From Solirubrobacterales bacterium (GTDB lineage: Bacteria; Actinomycetota; Thermoleophilia; Solirubrobacterales; 70-9), in NCBI GenBank assembly GCA_036260485.1, contig DATAMR010000007.1, positions 691 through 64,690 on the forward strand: DNA of 64,000 nt, written 5' to 3'. The notes beneath the pieces were generated by a model, which was not told where the DNA came from, made no database searches, and was given only the letters and a program-made list of their open reading frames with translations. Below are positions 51,012-58,570 of the stretch, piece after piece (positions within the stretch are counted from its first letter, which is position 1; every line of letters starts with the position of its first letter). The position numbers and the translations under genes are program-made.

Positions 51012-53422
51012 CGCCGCTCCTCCATCGCCGCCAGGCCGAGGCGGGTCTCGGCCCGGGAGCTCGGGGCGCTGGCCGGCGAGGCGGGCTCGTCGGCCTCGAC
51101 CTCTTCCAGCCCTTCGAGCTCCGCGACTGCCAACCGGGTCGCCGTCGCCATCCCCTCCAGGCCGACGGCGACCATCAGGACCGCGCCGAAGGCGAGCGCG
51201 ATCGCGATCGCCGGCTCGCCCTGCTGAACGGCGACCAGGGCAAGGAGGGTGGGGATCAGGACCACGAGCCGGATGGTGGTGGTGGTTCGCGGCCAGACTC
51301 GCGCCCGCAGGAGCTGGCGGCCGTTGCCGTGCTCCTCGACCGCGGTGCGGATTTTGACCCCGCCGAGGGCGGCGGCGCGGAGGTCGAGGTCCCAGCGGTC
51401 GAAGGGCCCGCCGCTGCGGACGAAGCCGCCTGCCGCGGCGAGGCCGTCCTGCAGTCGCTCGACCCAGTCCTGGGGCTCGCGCCAGTGCTCGCTCCAGACC
51501 TCCACGGTCCGCGGCCAGGGCAGGGTCAGCCTGGTGCGGGTGCGGCGGCGCCAGGGCGAGAGCCCGTGGCGCAGGCGCCCGGCCAGCCGCACCAGCGGCT
51601 GCAGGAGAAAGAGCAGGGCCGTGACCGCGCGCCGCTTCAGTGTCTCCCCCAGCGGCCTGCCCGGCACGCGGTGGTGGGCGCGCCAGCCGTTGCCGAGCGC
51701 GGCGCAGACGATCCAGGCGATCGCCCCGAGGAAGGCGGGGGCGGCGACCAGCAGCGGCGACCAGAGCAGGCCGAGGACGGAGATCGCGCCGAGCAGGGCG
51801 ACCAGCAGCAGGCCCTCGGGGGCGAGGAGGATCCCGGAAACCGTCCCCGGCGAGTCGTAGATCGACTGGAAGAGACCGCCGCCCCAGGTGCCGTAGCGGA
51901 CCAGCGAGCGCCGGCCCGGCGTCTGCGCCACCGGCGCCTCGTAGATCCGCCCGCTCCAGCGCGAGGCGCCGGCGCGGTTGTAGTGGCTCGGCCACTTGCG
52001 CTCGAGCAGCGCCTCGGCCTTGCCGTAGCCGTACTGCTGGCGCAGGTAGCGGCGGATCGAGTCGCGGCGCCGGTGCATGACGACGGCGCCGGCGCTGAAG
52101 CCGAGGGTGCGGTTCGCCTTCTGCAGGCGCCAGCAGAGGTCGACGTCGTCGCCGGCCGCCTCGAAGCGCTCGTCGAAGCAGCCGACCTCCTCGAGCACGT
52201 CCTTGCGGAAGGCCATGTTGCAGCCGGGGACGTGCTCGGCCTCGCGGTCGGAGACGAGGACGTGGATCGGCCCCCCCGGCGCGGCGGCGACGCATTCGGC
52301 GATGAAGCCGTCGTCCTCGGGCGGGATGTTGGGGCCGCCGACGCCGGCGTGGCCGTTGGCACGGAGCAGGGCGGCGACGTAGTGCAGCCAGTCGGCGTCG
52401 GGGTAGGCGTCGTCGTCGAGGAAGGCGACGATCTCCCCCCGGGCGGCCTCGATTCCCTTGTTGCGCGCGTGGCCGAGGCCGCGGTGCTCGGTCTGGATCA
52501 GGGTGGCGTCGTGGCGGCGGGCGATCTCGGCCGAGGCGTCGCCGGAGCCGTCGTTGACGACGATCGTCTCGTAATCGGGATAGGTGAGGTCGCCGAGCCG
52601 GGCCAGGCACTCGTCGAGGGTGCGCTGGCCGTTGTGGGTGCAGACCACCACCGAGACCGACGGCCAGGGGCCCCCCGGTGCGAACGGCACCGCGGCGTAG
52701 GCGTTGCCGACCGCCTCCAGCGCGGGCTTTGGCTCCCGCTCGCGGTCGACGAGGCCGAAGTCCCAGTCGCGCACCTCGTGGCCGCCGCGGTGCCACTCGT
52801 CGGTCCAGGAGAAGACGAAGGTGCCGGCGGCGCCGGTGGCGAAGGCGTGGCGGACCTGCCACTCCAGGGTCCGGGCCTGGGGACCCGGGCCGTTGCGCTG
52901 GCTGTCGATCCCGAACTCGGTGATCAGCAGCGGCCGGTCGCCGGAGAGGTTTTGCAGGCGGGCCATGTAGGACTCGAAGGCCCCCTCCTGCTCGAGGAAG
53001 ACGTTGAAGGCGGTGAGATCGAGGAAGGGGAGCTCGAGGTACTCGGTCGAGGGGTAGTTGACGTAGGTGACCAGCCCCTCGGGGTCGGCCGATTTCGCCT
53101 CCCAGTAGAGGCGCTCGAGGAAGCGCTCGACCGGGCGCTTGCCGTGCCAGCGGACGATCGGGGCCGGGATCTCGTTGCCGATCGAGTAGCAGAGGATCGC
53201 CTCGTGGCCCTCGCAGGCCCGCACCTCCTCGGCGAGGCGGGCCGCTATCCGCTGCCCCCGCTCGCGGTCGTCGAGGAAGGCGACGTGTTGCTCCCAGGCG
53301 AAACCCGCCATGACCCGGATGCCGTGCTCGAGCGCCGTGTCCAGCAGCCAGGCCGGCGGCGGCACGTAGGTCCGGACCGCGTTGATCCCGGCGGCCGCCA
53401 TCGCCGCGAAGTCCTCGCGCAC
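51008..53422 (-). CDS. Glycan operon gene 1/19: clan GH-A glycoside hydrolase-like TIM barrel + GT2 + C-terminal multi-TM region (synthase-like); 5' end unresolved
   Basis: The first in-frame start is GTG 53422. GH-A acid/base and nucleophile blocks are SIGNEIP and LLITEFG. The GT2 part reads VSVVVCTHNG ... VVNDGSGD ... FLDDDA ... GDDVDLCWR ... RQQYGYG, followed by 5-6 hydrophobic segments. Conserved-looking N-terminal residues lie upstream without a start codon (see the frameshift finding). Confidence 0.75.
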   Translation of the reverse strand: MREDFAAMAAAGINAVRTYVPPPAWLLDTALEHGIRVMAGFAWEQHVAFLDDRERGQRIAARLAEEVRACEGHEAILCYSIGNEIPAPIVRWHGKRPVERFLERLYWEAKSADPEGLVTYVNYPSTEYLELPFLDLTAFNVFLEQEGAFESYMARLQNLSGDRPLLITEFGIDSQRNGPGPQARTLEWQVRHAFATGAAGTFVFSWTDEWHRGGHEVRDWDFGLVDREREPKPALEAVGNAYAAVPFAPGGPWPSVSVVVCTHNGQRTLDECLARLGDLTYPDYETIVVNDGSGDASAEIARRHDATLIQTEHRGLGHARNKGIEAARGEIVAFLDDDAYPDADWLHYVAALLRANGHAGVGGPNIPPEDDGFIAECVAAAPGGPIHVLVSDREAEHVPGCNMAFRKDVLEEVGCFDERFEAAGDDVDLCWRLQKANRTLGFSAGAVVMHRRRDSIRRYLRQQYGYGKAEALLERKWPSHYNRAGASRWSGRIYEAPVAQTPGRRSLVRYGTWGGGLFQSIYDSPGTVSGILLAPEGLLLVALLGAISVLGLLWSPLLVAAPAFLGAIAWIVCAALGNGWRAHHRVPGRPLGETLKRRAVTALLFLLQPLVRLAGRLRHGLSPWRRRTRTRLTLPWPRTVEVWSEHWREPQDWVERLQDGLAAAGGFVRSGGPFDRWDLDLRAAALGGVKIRTAVEEHGNGRQLLRARVWPRTTTTIRLVVLIPTLLALVAVQQGEPAIAIALAFGAVLMVAVGLEGMATATRLAVAELEGLEEVEADEPASPASAPSSRAETRLGLAAMEERR

Positions 53423-53518
53423 CCGCGCGCGGGCAGGGAACTGCGATCCGCCCTCAGCGCGGAAAGTGCCGTAGGTGACCCCTCGGACGTGGAACTTCTC
53501 CTGTCCGATGTGTACCGA

Positions 53519-53661
53519 GCGTCCATGGACGCGGGGTCGTCGGTCTGCCGGTCGAAAAGCGGTAACTGGAACTCCCCCGTCTTGGAGAACAGTAGGAACA
53601 TCGTGCTTATCGACTGGTGGTGCTCGTCCAACCCGTCATGCAGGTTCTCTCCCAAGCCCAC
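53519..53661 (-). other. Upstream coding-like fragment in a different frame, probably the displaced N-terminus of operon gene 1
   Basis: From GTG 53661 the frame of ORF 53245..53661 has high GC3 up to about 53520 (VGLGENLHDGLDEHHQSISTMFLLFSKTGEFQLPLFDRQTDDPASMD). The gene-1 frame has low GC3 there, but becomes GH-like right after (SVHIGQEKFHVRGVTYGTF). Confidence 0.45.
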
Positions 53662-53761
53662 CTGCTCGACGCATCTGCAACTTTACGCGATTTCGTGACG
53701 AATTGGACAGTTATTCCATTCAAAAATTAGACTTAGGTACTAGAAGAGTTTCGGCGTAAAG
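53662..53761 (-). promoter_or_regulatory. AT-rich gap likely holding the promoter of the glycan operon
   Basis: This is the only sizeable non-coding, low-GC stretch upstream of the 27.5-kb operon. I could not pick a convincing -35/-10 pair. Confidence 0.4.
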
Positions 53762-53782
53762 CGGCACTGCGCGGGAGTGCCG
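53762..53782 (-). terminator. Candidate stem-loop terminator after the ACAD gene
   Basis: 7-bp stem CGGCACT / AGTGCCG with a 7-nt loop, 23 nt downstream of the TAG at 53805-53807. The downstream T-tract is weak. Confidence 0.35.
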
Positions 53783-53804
53783 AGCCTTGAACTGGACGCT
53801 CTGT

Positions 53805-54962
53805 CTAACTCATGGCGCGGGCGATGACCACGCGCTGGATCTCGTTCGTGCCCTCGTAGATCTGGGTGATCTTCGCGTCGCGCATCATCCGCTCGACCGG
53901 GTACTCGTTGACGTAGCCGTAGCCGCCGAGGACCTGGATCGCCTCGACCGTGACCTTCATCGCGTTGTCGGAGGCGAAGAGCTTGGCCATCGAGGTCCAC
54001 TTGCCGAGGTCGGCGGGGCGCTGGGGCTTGTCGGCCACCGAGCAGGCTTTGTAGAGGAGCTCGCGGGCGGCGGCGGTGCCGGTCTCCATGTCGGCGAGCT
54101 TGAACTGGATCGCCTGCAGCTGGTTGATCGGCTTACCGAAGGCGATCCGCTCGGCGGCGTAGCCGTTGGCGTAGTCGGTCGCGCCCTGGGCGATGCCGAC
54201 CGCCTGGGCGGCGGCGCCGAGGCGGGTCCGCTCGAGCGTGCCGAGGGCGACGGAGAGGCCCTTGCCCTCCTCGCCGATCAGGTTCTCGTGCGGGACGCGG
54301 ACGTCGGTGAAGGTCGGCGAGCCGGTCGGCGAGCCCTTGATCCCGAGCTTGTGCTCGAGCTTGCCGGGGTCGAAGCCGGGCGCGTCCTTCTCGACGACGA
54401 AGGCGCTGGTGCGGCGGTTCTCGCGGTCGGTGGTGGCGAAGACGACGTAGAAGTCGGCGATCGTGGCGTTGGAGATCCAGGCCTTCTGGCCGTTGATCAC
54501 CCAATCGTCGCCGTCGCGGACGGCGCTGGTCCGCATCGCCGCCGGGTCCGAGCCGGCCTCGGGCTCCGAGAGCGCGAAGGCCGGCGACCACTCGCCGCTG
54601 GCGCACTTCGGCAGCCAGCGTTGCTTCTGCTCCTCGGACCCGAACAGCTGGATCGGCAGCGTCCCCAGCTCCTGCACCATCAGCATCAGCGCCGAGGAGG
54701 CACAGGCCTTGGCGATCTCCTCGACCGCCATCTGCAGCACCAGGGTCCCGGTCCCCGTCCCGCCGTACTCGGCGGCGAAGGGCAGGCCGAGGATGTCGTG
54801 GGAGGCGAGCAGCTCGCGCAGGTCCCAGGGGTATTCGCTCTTGCGGTCGATGTCGCCGGCCCGCGGCGCGATCTTGTCCTGGGCCAGCCGGCGAACCATG
54901 TCGCGCAGGTCGAGCGCCTCCTGGGAGATCTCATAGGCGGGGGTGACGGTGTCGACGCTCAT
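53805..54962 (-). CDS. Acyl-CoA dehydrogenase
   Basis: ATG 54962 (MSVDTVTPAYE) with an AAGGA SD. FALSEPEAGSD and GGYGYVNEYPVERMMRDAKITQIYEGT. Confidence 0.9.
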   Translation of the reverse strand: MSVDTVTPAYEISQEALDLRDMVRRLAQDKIAPRAGDIDRKSEYPWDLRELLASHDILGLPFAAEYGGTGTGTLVLQMAVEEIAKACASSALMLMVQELGTLPIQLFGSEEQKQRWLPKCASGEWSPAFALSEPEAGSDPAAMRTSAVRDGDDWVINGQKAWISNATIADFYVVFATTDRENRRTSAFVVEKDAPGFDPGKLEHKLGIKGSPTGSPTFTDVRVPHENLIGEEGKGLSVALGTLERTRLGAAAQAVGIAQGATDYANGYAAERIAFGKPINQLQAIQFKLADMETGTAAARELLYKACSVADKPQRPADLGKWTSMAKLFASDNAMKVTVEAIQVLGGYGYVNEYPVERMMRDAKITQIYEGTNEIQRVVIARAMS

Positions 54963-54981
54963 TCGTTCCTTTCTCAATCGT

Positions 54982-55027
54982 CGTTTCCACCCTTTTGGTC
55001 CCTATGGGAACCCAAGAGGTGGAAACG
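54982..55027 (-). other. Intercistronic stem-loop A (mutase / ACAD gap)
   Basis: Perfect 10-bp outer stem CGTTTCCACC / GGTGGAAACG with further inner pairs. The apical palindrome is TCCC-TAT-GGGA. Confidence 0.55.
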
Positions 55028-55041
55028 ATCCAACATCGGAC

Positions 55042-56658
55042 TTAGAAGACGGGTGACTCGGTGTAGGTCCCGAAGACCTCTTGCATCGCGGCGATCATCT
55101 CTCCCTCGGTCGCCTGGACGCGGGCCGCCTCGACGATCGGCCCCATCAGGTTGCCCTCGCCCGCGGCGGCGCGCTTCAGCTCGGCCAGGGCGGCCTCGAC
55201 CGCGGCGCCGTCGCGGGCGGCCTTGGTCGCCGCCAGCCGGTCGACCTGCTTGCCTTCCAGCGAGGGGTCGATCTTCAGGATCGGCATCGCCTCTTCGTCG
55301 TCTTCGACGAAGTCGTTGACGCCGACGACGATGCGGCGGCGTTCGTTCAGCTCCTGCTGGTAGGTGAAGGACGACTCGGCGATCTCGCGCTGGGGGAAGT
55401 TGCGGCGGATCGCCTCGACCATCCCCCCCAGCTCGTCGATCCGGGCGAAGTAGCCGTAGGCCGCCTGCTCCATCTCGTCGGTCAGCTTCTCGACGAAGTA
55501 GGAGCCGCCGAGCGGGTCGGCGGTGTTGGCGACGCCGGTCTCGGTGGCGATGATCTGCTGGGTGCGGAGCGCCACCCGCACCGCCTCCTCGGTCGGCAGC
55601 GCCAGCGCCTCGTCGAAGGAGTTGGTGTGCAGCGACTGGGTCCCGCCCATCACCGCCGCAAGCGCCTCCAGCGCGGTGCGGACAACGTTGTTCAGCGGCT
55701 GCTGCGCGGTGAGGCTGACGCCGGCGGTCTGGGTGTGGAAGCGCAGCCGCAGCGACTCCTCCTTCTGGGCGCCGTAGGTCTCCTTCATCTCCCGCGCCCA
55801 GATCCGGCGCGCCGCCCTGTACTTGGCGATCTCCTCGAAGAAGTCGATGTGGGAGTTGAAGAAAAAGGAGAGACGCGGGGCGAAGTCGTCGACGTCGAGG
55901 CCACGTTCGATCGCCCGCTCGACGTAGGTGAAGCCGTCCTTGAGAGTGAAGGCGAGCTCCTGCTGGGCGGTCGACCCTGCCTCGCGGATGTGGTAGCCGG
56001 AGATCGAGACGGGATGCCAGCGCGGCATGTTCTCGGTGCACCACTCGATCATGTCGGTGACCAGCCGCATCGCCGGCTCGATCGGGAAGCACCACTCTTT
56101 CTGGGCGATGTACTCCTTGAGGATGTCGGTCTGGATCGTGCCGCCGAGCTTCTCGGCCGGGACCCCCTGCTTCTCGCCGACCAGCACGTAGAAGGCGAGC
56201 AGGATCGCCGCCGGGGCGTTGATCGTCATCGAGGTGGTGACGCCGCCGAGCGGGATCCCCTCGAACAGCCGCTCCATGTCGGCGAGGGTGTCGACGGCGA
56301 CGCCCTCGCGGCCGACCTCGCCGAGGCTGCGCTCGTGGTCGGAGTCGTAGCCCATCAGGGTCGGCATGTCGAAGGCGGTCGAGAGACCCGTCTGGCCGTG
56401 GTCGAGCAGGTAGTGGAAGCGCTCGTTGGTCTCCTCGACGGTGCCGAAGCCGGCGAACTGGCGCATCGTCCACAGCCGCCCCCGGTACATCGAGGGATAC
56501 GGGCCGCGGGTGAAGGGGTAGGAGCCGGGCTCGCCGAGCTTCTCCCCGGCCTCGCCCTCGAGGTCGGCCTCGGTGTAGAGCGGCTCGATCTCCTGCCCGG
56601 AGATGGTCGAGAACTCGGCCTCGCGTTCGAGGCGCTTTTCGTCGGCGGTCTGGCTCAC
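55042..56658 (-). CDS. Methylmalonyl-CoA mutase-family large (catalytic) subunit without a fused B12-binding domain
   Basis: [25 protein letters not shown] hallmark. At 538 aa, the protein ends before the usual B12-binding domain. Confidence 0.9.
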   Translation of the reverse strand: MSQTADEKRLEREAEFSTISGQEIEPLYTEADLEGEAGEKLGEPGSYPFTRGPYPSMYRGRLWTMRQFAGFGTVEETNERFHYLLDHGQTGLSTAFDMPTLMGYDSDHERSLGEVGREGVAVDTLADMERLFEGIPLGGVTTSMTINAPAAILLAFYVLVGEKQGVPAEKLGGTIQTDILKEYIAQKEWCFPIEPAMRLVTDMIEWCTENMPRWHPVSISGYHIREAGSTAQQELAFTLKDGFTYVERAIERGLDVDDFAPRLSFFFNSHIDFFEEIAKYRAARRIWAREMKETYGAQKEESLRLRFHTQTAGVSLTAQQPLNNVVRTALEALAAVMGGTQSLHTNSFDEALALPTEEAVRVALRTQQIIATETGVANTADPLGGSYFVEKLTDEMEQAAYGYFARIDELGGMVEAIRRNFPQREIAESSFTYQQELNERRRIVVGVNDFVEDDEEAMPILKIDPSLEGKQVDRLAATKAARDGAAVEAALAELKRAAAGEGNLMGPIVEAARVQATEGEMIAAMQEVFGTYTESPVF

Positions 56659-56682
56659 GAGCCAGTAAGTCTGACAGCGGGT

Positions 56683-57501
56683 TCAGCCAGCCGCCACGGC
56701 GCGCAGCGGCGCAACCCAGACTTCTTCGAGGAAGTCGCTCAGCTCGTCGTTCAGCCGCTCGGGGCTGAGCCGCCACTCGAGGATCGAGTTCGCTTCGACC
56801 AGGCGCGAGTTCGGCAGCTCTTCGAGCAGCATCCCGGAGTCGCTGAACGGGTGCAGCGGGTCGCGCGGATGACCGACGACCAGGGTCTGGTGGTCGATCT
56901 TCACCCGCTCCTCGCGGTGCGGCGCCGTCTCCCCCAGCAGCAGCCCCTCCAGTACCGCCTGCGAGGGGCCGGGTCGCTGGCGCACCCAGTCGAGACCGAT
57001 GTCGACCAGGTAGTTGGTGCGCGGAATCCCCCGGGTGAGCAGCGAGAGACCCTCGAAGAGCGGCCGGCCGAGCTTCAGCCCCAGGAGTACCGGCGTGAAG
57101 GCCCCGGCGACGACCGAGAGCGCGTTGTCGAGGACCGGCATCTCGATGAACAGTGCCCGCGCCCGGTCGGGGTAGCGGACCGCGACCTCGAGGGCGATGT
57201 TGGCGCCCAGCGAGGTGCCGCCGATCACCGCGCTCTCCTCCTCGAGGTGGTCGAGCAGCGCCACCACCTGGCGGGCGAAGAGCGGCATCGAGTAGAGCCG
57301 CAGGTCCTCGGGCCGGTCCGAGCGCCCGTGGCCGAGCATGTCGACGGTGACCACCCGGTTGCCCCGCTCCGCCAGCTCCGGTCCCAGCCGGTCGAACATG
57401 TGGCGATTCATCAGCAGCCCGTGGACGAGGACGATCAGCCGCTCGCCCGACCCGTAGCTGTCGTAGCCGATGCGGTGACCCTCGTAGCGAAACTCTCCCA
57501 T
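56683..57501 (-). CDS. Alpha/beta-fold hydrolase
   Basis: LIVLVHGLLMN oxyanion region and a GGTSLGAN nucleophile elbow. Confidence 0.8.
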   Translation of the reverse strand: MGEFRYEGHRIGYDSYGSGERLIVLVHGLLMNRHMFDRLGPELAERGNRVVTVDMLGHGRSDRPEDLRLYSMPLFARQVVALLDHLEEESAVIGGTSLGANIALEVAVRYPDRARALFIEMPVLDNALSVVAGAFTPVLLGLKLGRPLFEGLSLLTRGIPRTNYLVDIGLDWVRQRPGPSQAVLEGLLLGETAPHREERVKIDHQTLVVGHPRDPLHPFSDSGMLLEELPNSRLVEANSILEWRLSPERLNDELSDFLEEVWVAPLRAVAAG

Positions 57502-57518
57502 GGGCCAATGCTAGCCGC

Positions 57519-57557
57519 GGGGCGCTTTTACGTCCCTATGGAGCGGAAAGGCGCCCC
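57519..57557 (-). other. Intercistronic stem-loop B (VOC / hydrolase gap)
   Basis: 11-bp stem GGGGCGCTTTT / AAAGGCGCCCC (one G-T pair). The loop contains GTCCCTATGGA, the same core as stem-loop A. Confidence 0.55.
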
Positions 57558-57559
57558 GT

Positions 57560-58192
57560 CTACGTGTGCGGAGACATCAGCGCGACCGGCACCGAGAGCC
57601 CTGCGCCGCGGCGCAGGGTGGCGATCCGGCGGCCCGGCTGGACGGCGTCGCGGACCGCGCCGACGCGGTCCTCGCCGAGGTGGGCGACGGTGCGCTCGAG
57701 GTCGGGGGCGACGAAGGCAAGGCCCCAGAAGAACGCCGGCCGGTCTCCCCCATGGCGCTCGGTCGCCTCCCGCGGCTCCTGGACGACCTCGAGGATCGCC
57801 GGGCCGAGGCGGAAGAATGCCTGGCGCGGGGCGCCGGCCGGGGTCGGCTCCTCGCGGACGCGGCGCAGGTCGAGCCCGGCGGCCACGAGCGCCGCCACGG
57901 TGCGGTCGAGGTCGGAGCTGATCGCGACCACGTGGTCGATCGCGGCGACGCCGTTCGGGTGCCTGGGGGCAGCCGGCGGCGCCTGGTCGCTGGCAGAGGT
58001 CGACAACCCGTCCATGACCAGTGAGCCGATACCGCGCAGTGACCATCCGATGAGACCTCGCCGGCCTGGCTTCGGTTCGAACCGAAGCCGCACATCTCCG
58101 ATCACGCACTGCTCTCCCGAGATCTCAAACCCACACTGACGCCAGGCCGAAGGAGAATCTGCGACCGAGAGCTGATCGAGGACGACCGTCAT
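57560..58192 (-). CDS. VOC/glyoxalase-like domain protein
   Basis: 210 aa. IDHVVAISSDLDRTVAALVAAG and FFWGLAFVAPDLERTV are typical of glyoxalase-like repeats. Confidence 0.6.
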   Translation of the reverse strand: MTVVLDQLSVADSPSAWRQCGFEISGEQCVIGDVRLRFEPKPGRRGLIGWSLRGIGSLVMDGLSTSASDQAPPAAPRHPNGVAAIDHVVAISSDLDRTVAALVAAGLDLRRVREEPTPAGAPRQAFFRLGPAILEVVQEPREATERHGGDRPAFFWGLAFVAPDLERTVAHLGEDRVGAVRDAVQPGRRIATLRRGAGLSVPVALMSPHT

Positions 58193-58245
58193 CTACACGC
58201 CCTCGCTTGGCAGGAGGTCAACAGCACGACGGTGCAACGATCGGG

Positions 58246-58464
58246 CTAGGTTTTGCCTTTGCGCGGTGCCGAGGACCCCTTAATCAGGCGCTCGACTTCC
58301 TCATCGATCAGCGGACCGCGACCGTTACCGATGTGCGAAAGGTCGGCAGGCTCCTCAGGTGAATCGATTAGGTAAGGGCTGTCGAACAGGCGCTTGATTC
58401 CACCACCGGCCGGGATGCGGGAGCCCCGCTGCTTATCGTCCGTCTGGTTGTCGCGCATAGTCAT
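58246..58464 (-). CDS. Small hypothetical protein (72 aa) in the lower-GC islet
   Basis: ORF only, with no recognisable domain. An AT-rich upstream region contains the palindromes ACAGGCCTGT and GCAT-ttg-ATGC. Confidence 0.4.
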   Translation of the reverse strand: MTMRDNQTDDKQRGSRIPAGGGIKRLFDSPYLIDSPEEPADLSHIGNGRGPLIDEEVERLIKGSSAPRKGKT

Positions 58465-58570
58465 ACAGGCCTGTTATCGGCCAGGTACCCGGTTGCCTCA
58501 ACTATCAATCGTAGCATTTGATGCAAACTTCTCAAGTAAGTTCACCCTATACCCGCAATCGGCGCGAACG

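Noticed and set aside
53505-53540. Programmed -1 ribosomal frameshift joining the two frames of gene 1.
   Set aside because: There is no X-XXY-YYZ slippery heptamer around the junction (…GCG TCC ATG GAC GCT CGG…) and no obvious downstream pseudoknot. An indel or sequencing error is more parsimonious.
53245-53661. 138-aa ORF treated as an independent gene upstream of or overlapping operon gene 1.
   Set aside because: Only its first 47 or so codons look coding. The rest overlaps the GH domain out of frame and is Ser/Arg/Pro-rich. I interpret it as the displaced N-terminus of gene 1.
54978-55041. Cobalamin riboswitch associated with the mutase gene.
   Set aside because: The structured element lies downstream of the mutase gene, is only about 46 nt long and lacks a B12-box. 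No long conserved leader precedes the mutase.
58068-58089. The GGTTCGAACC-centred palindrome as a tRNA T-arm remnant or a LexA SOS box.
   Set aside because: It lies inside an intact CDS with no cloverleaf context. The actinobacterial SOS box is GAAC-N4-GTTC, not the GTTCGAAC arrangement seen here.
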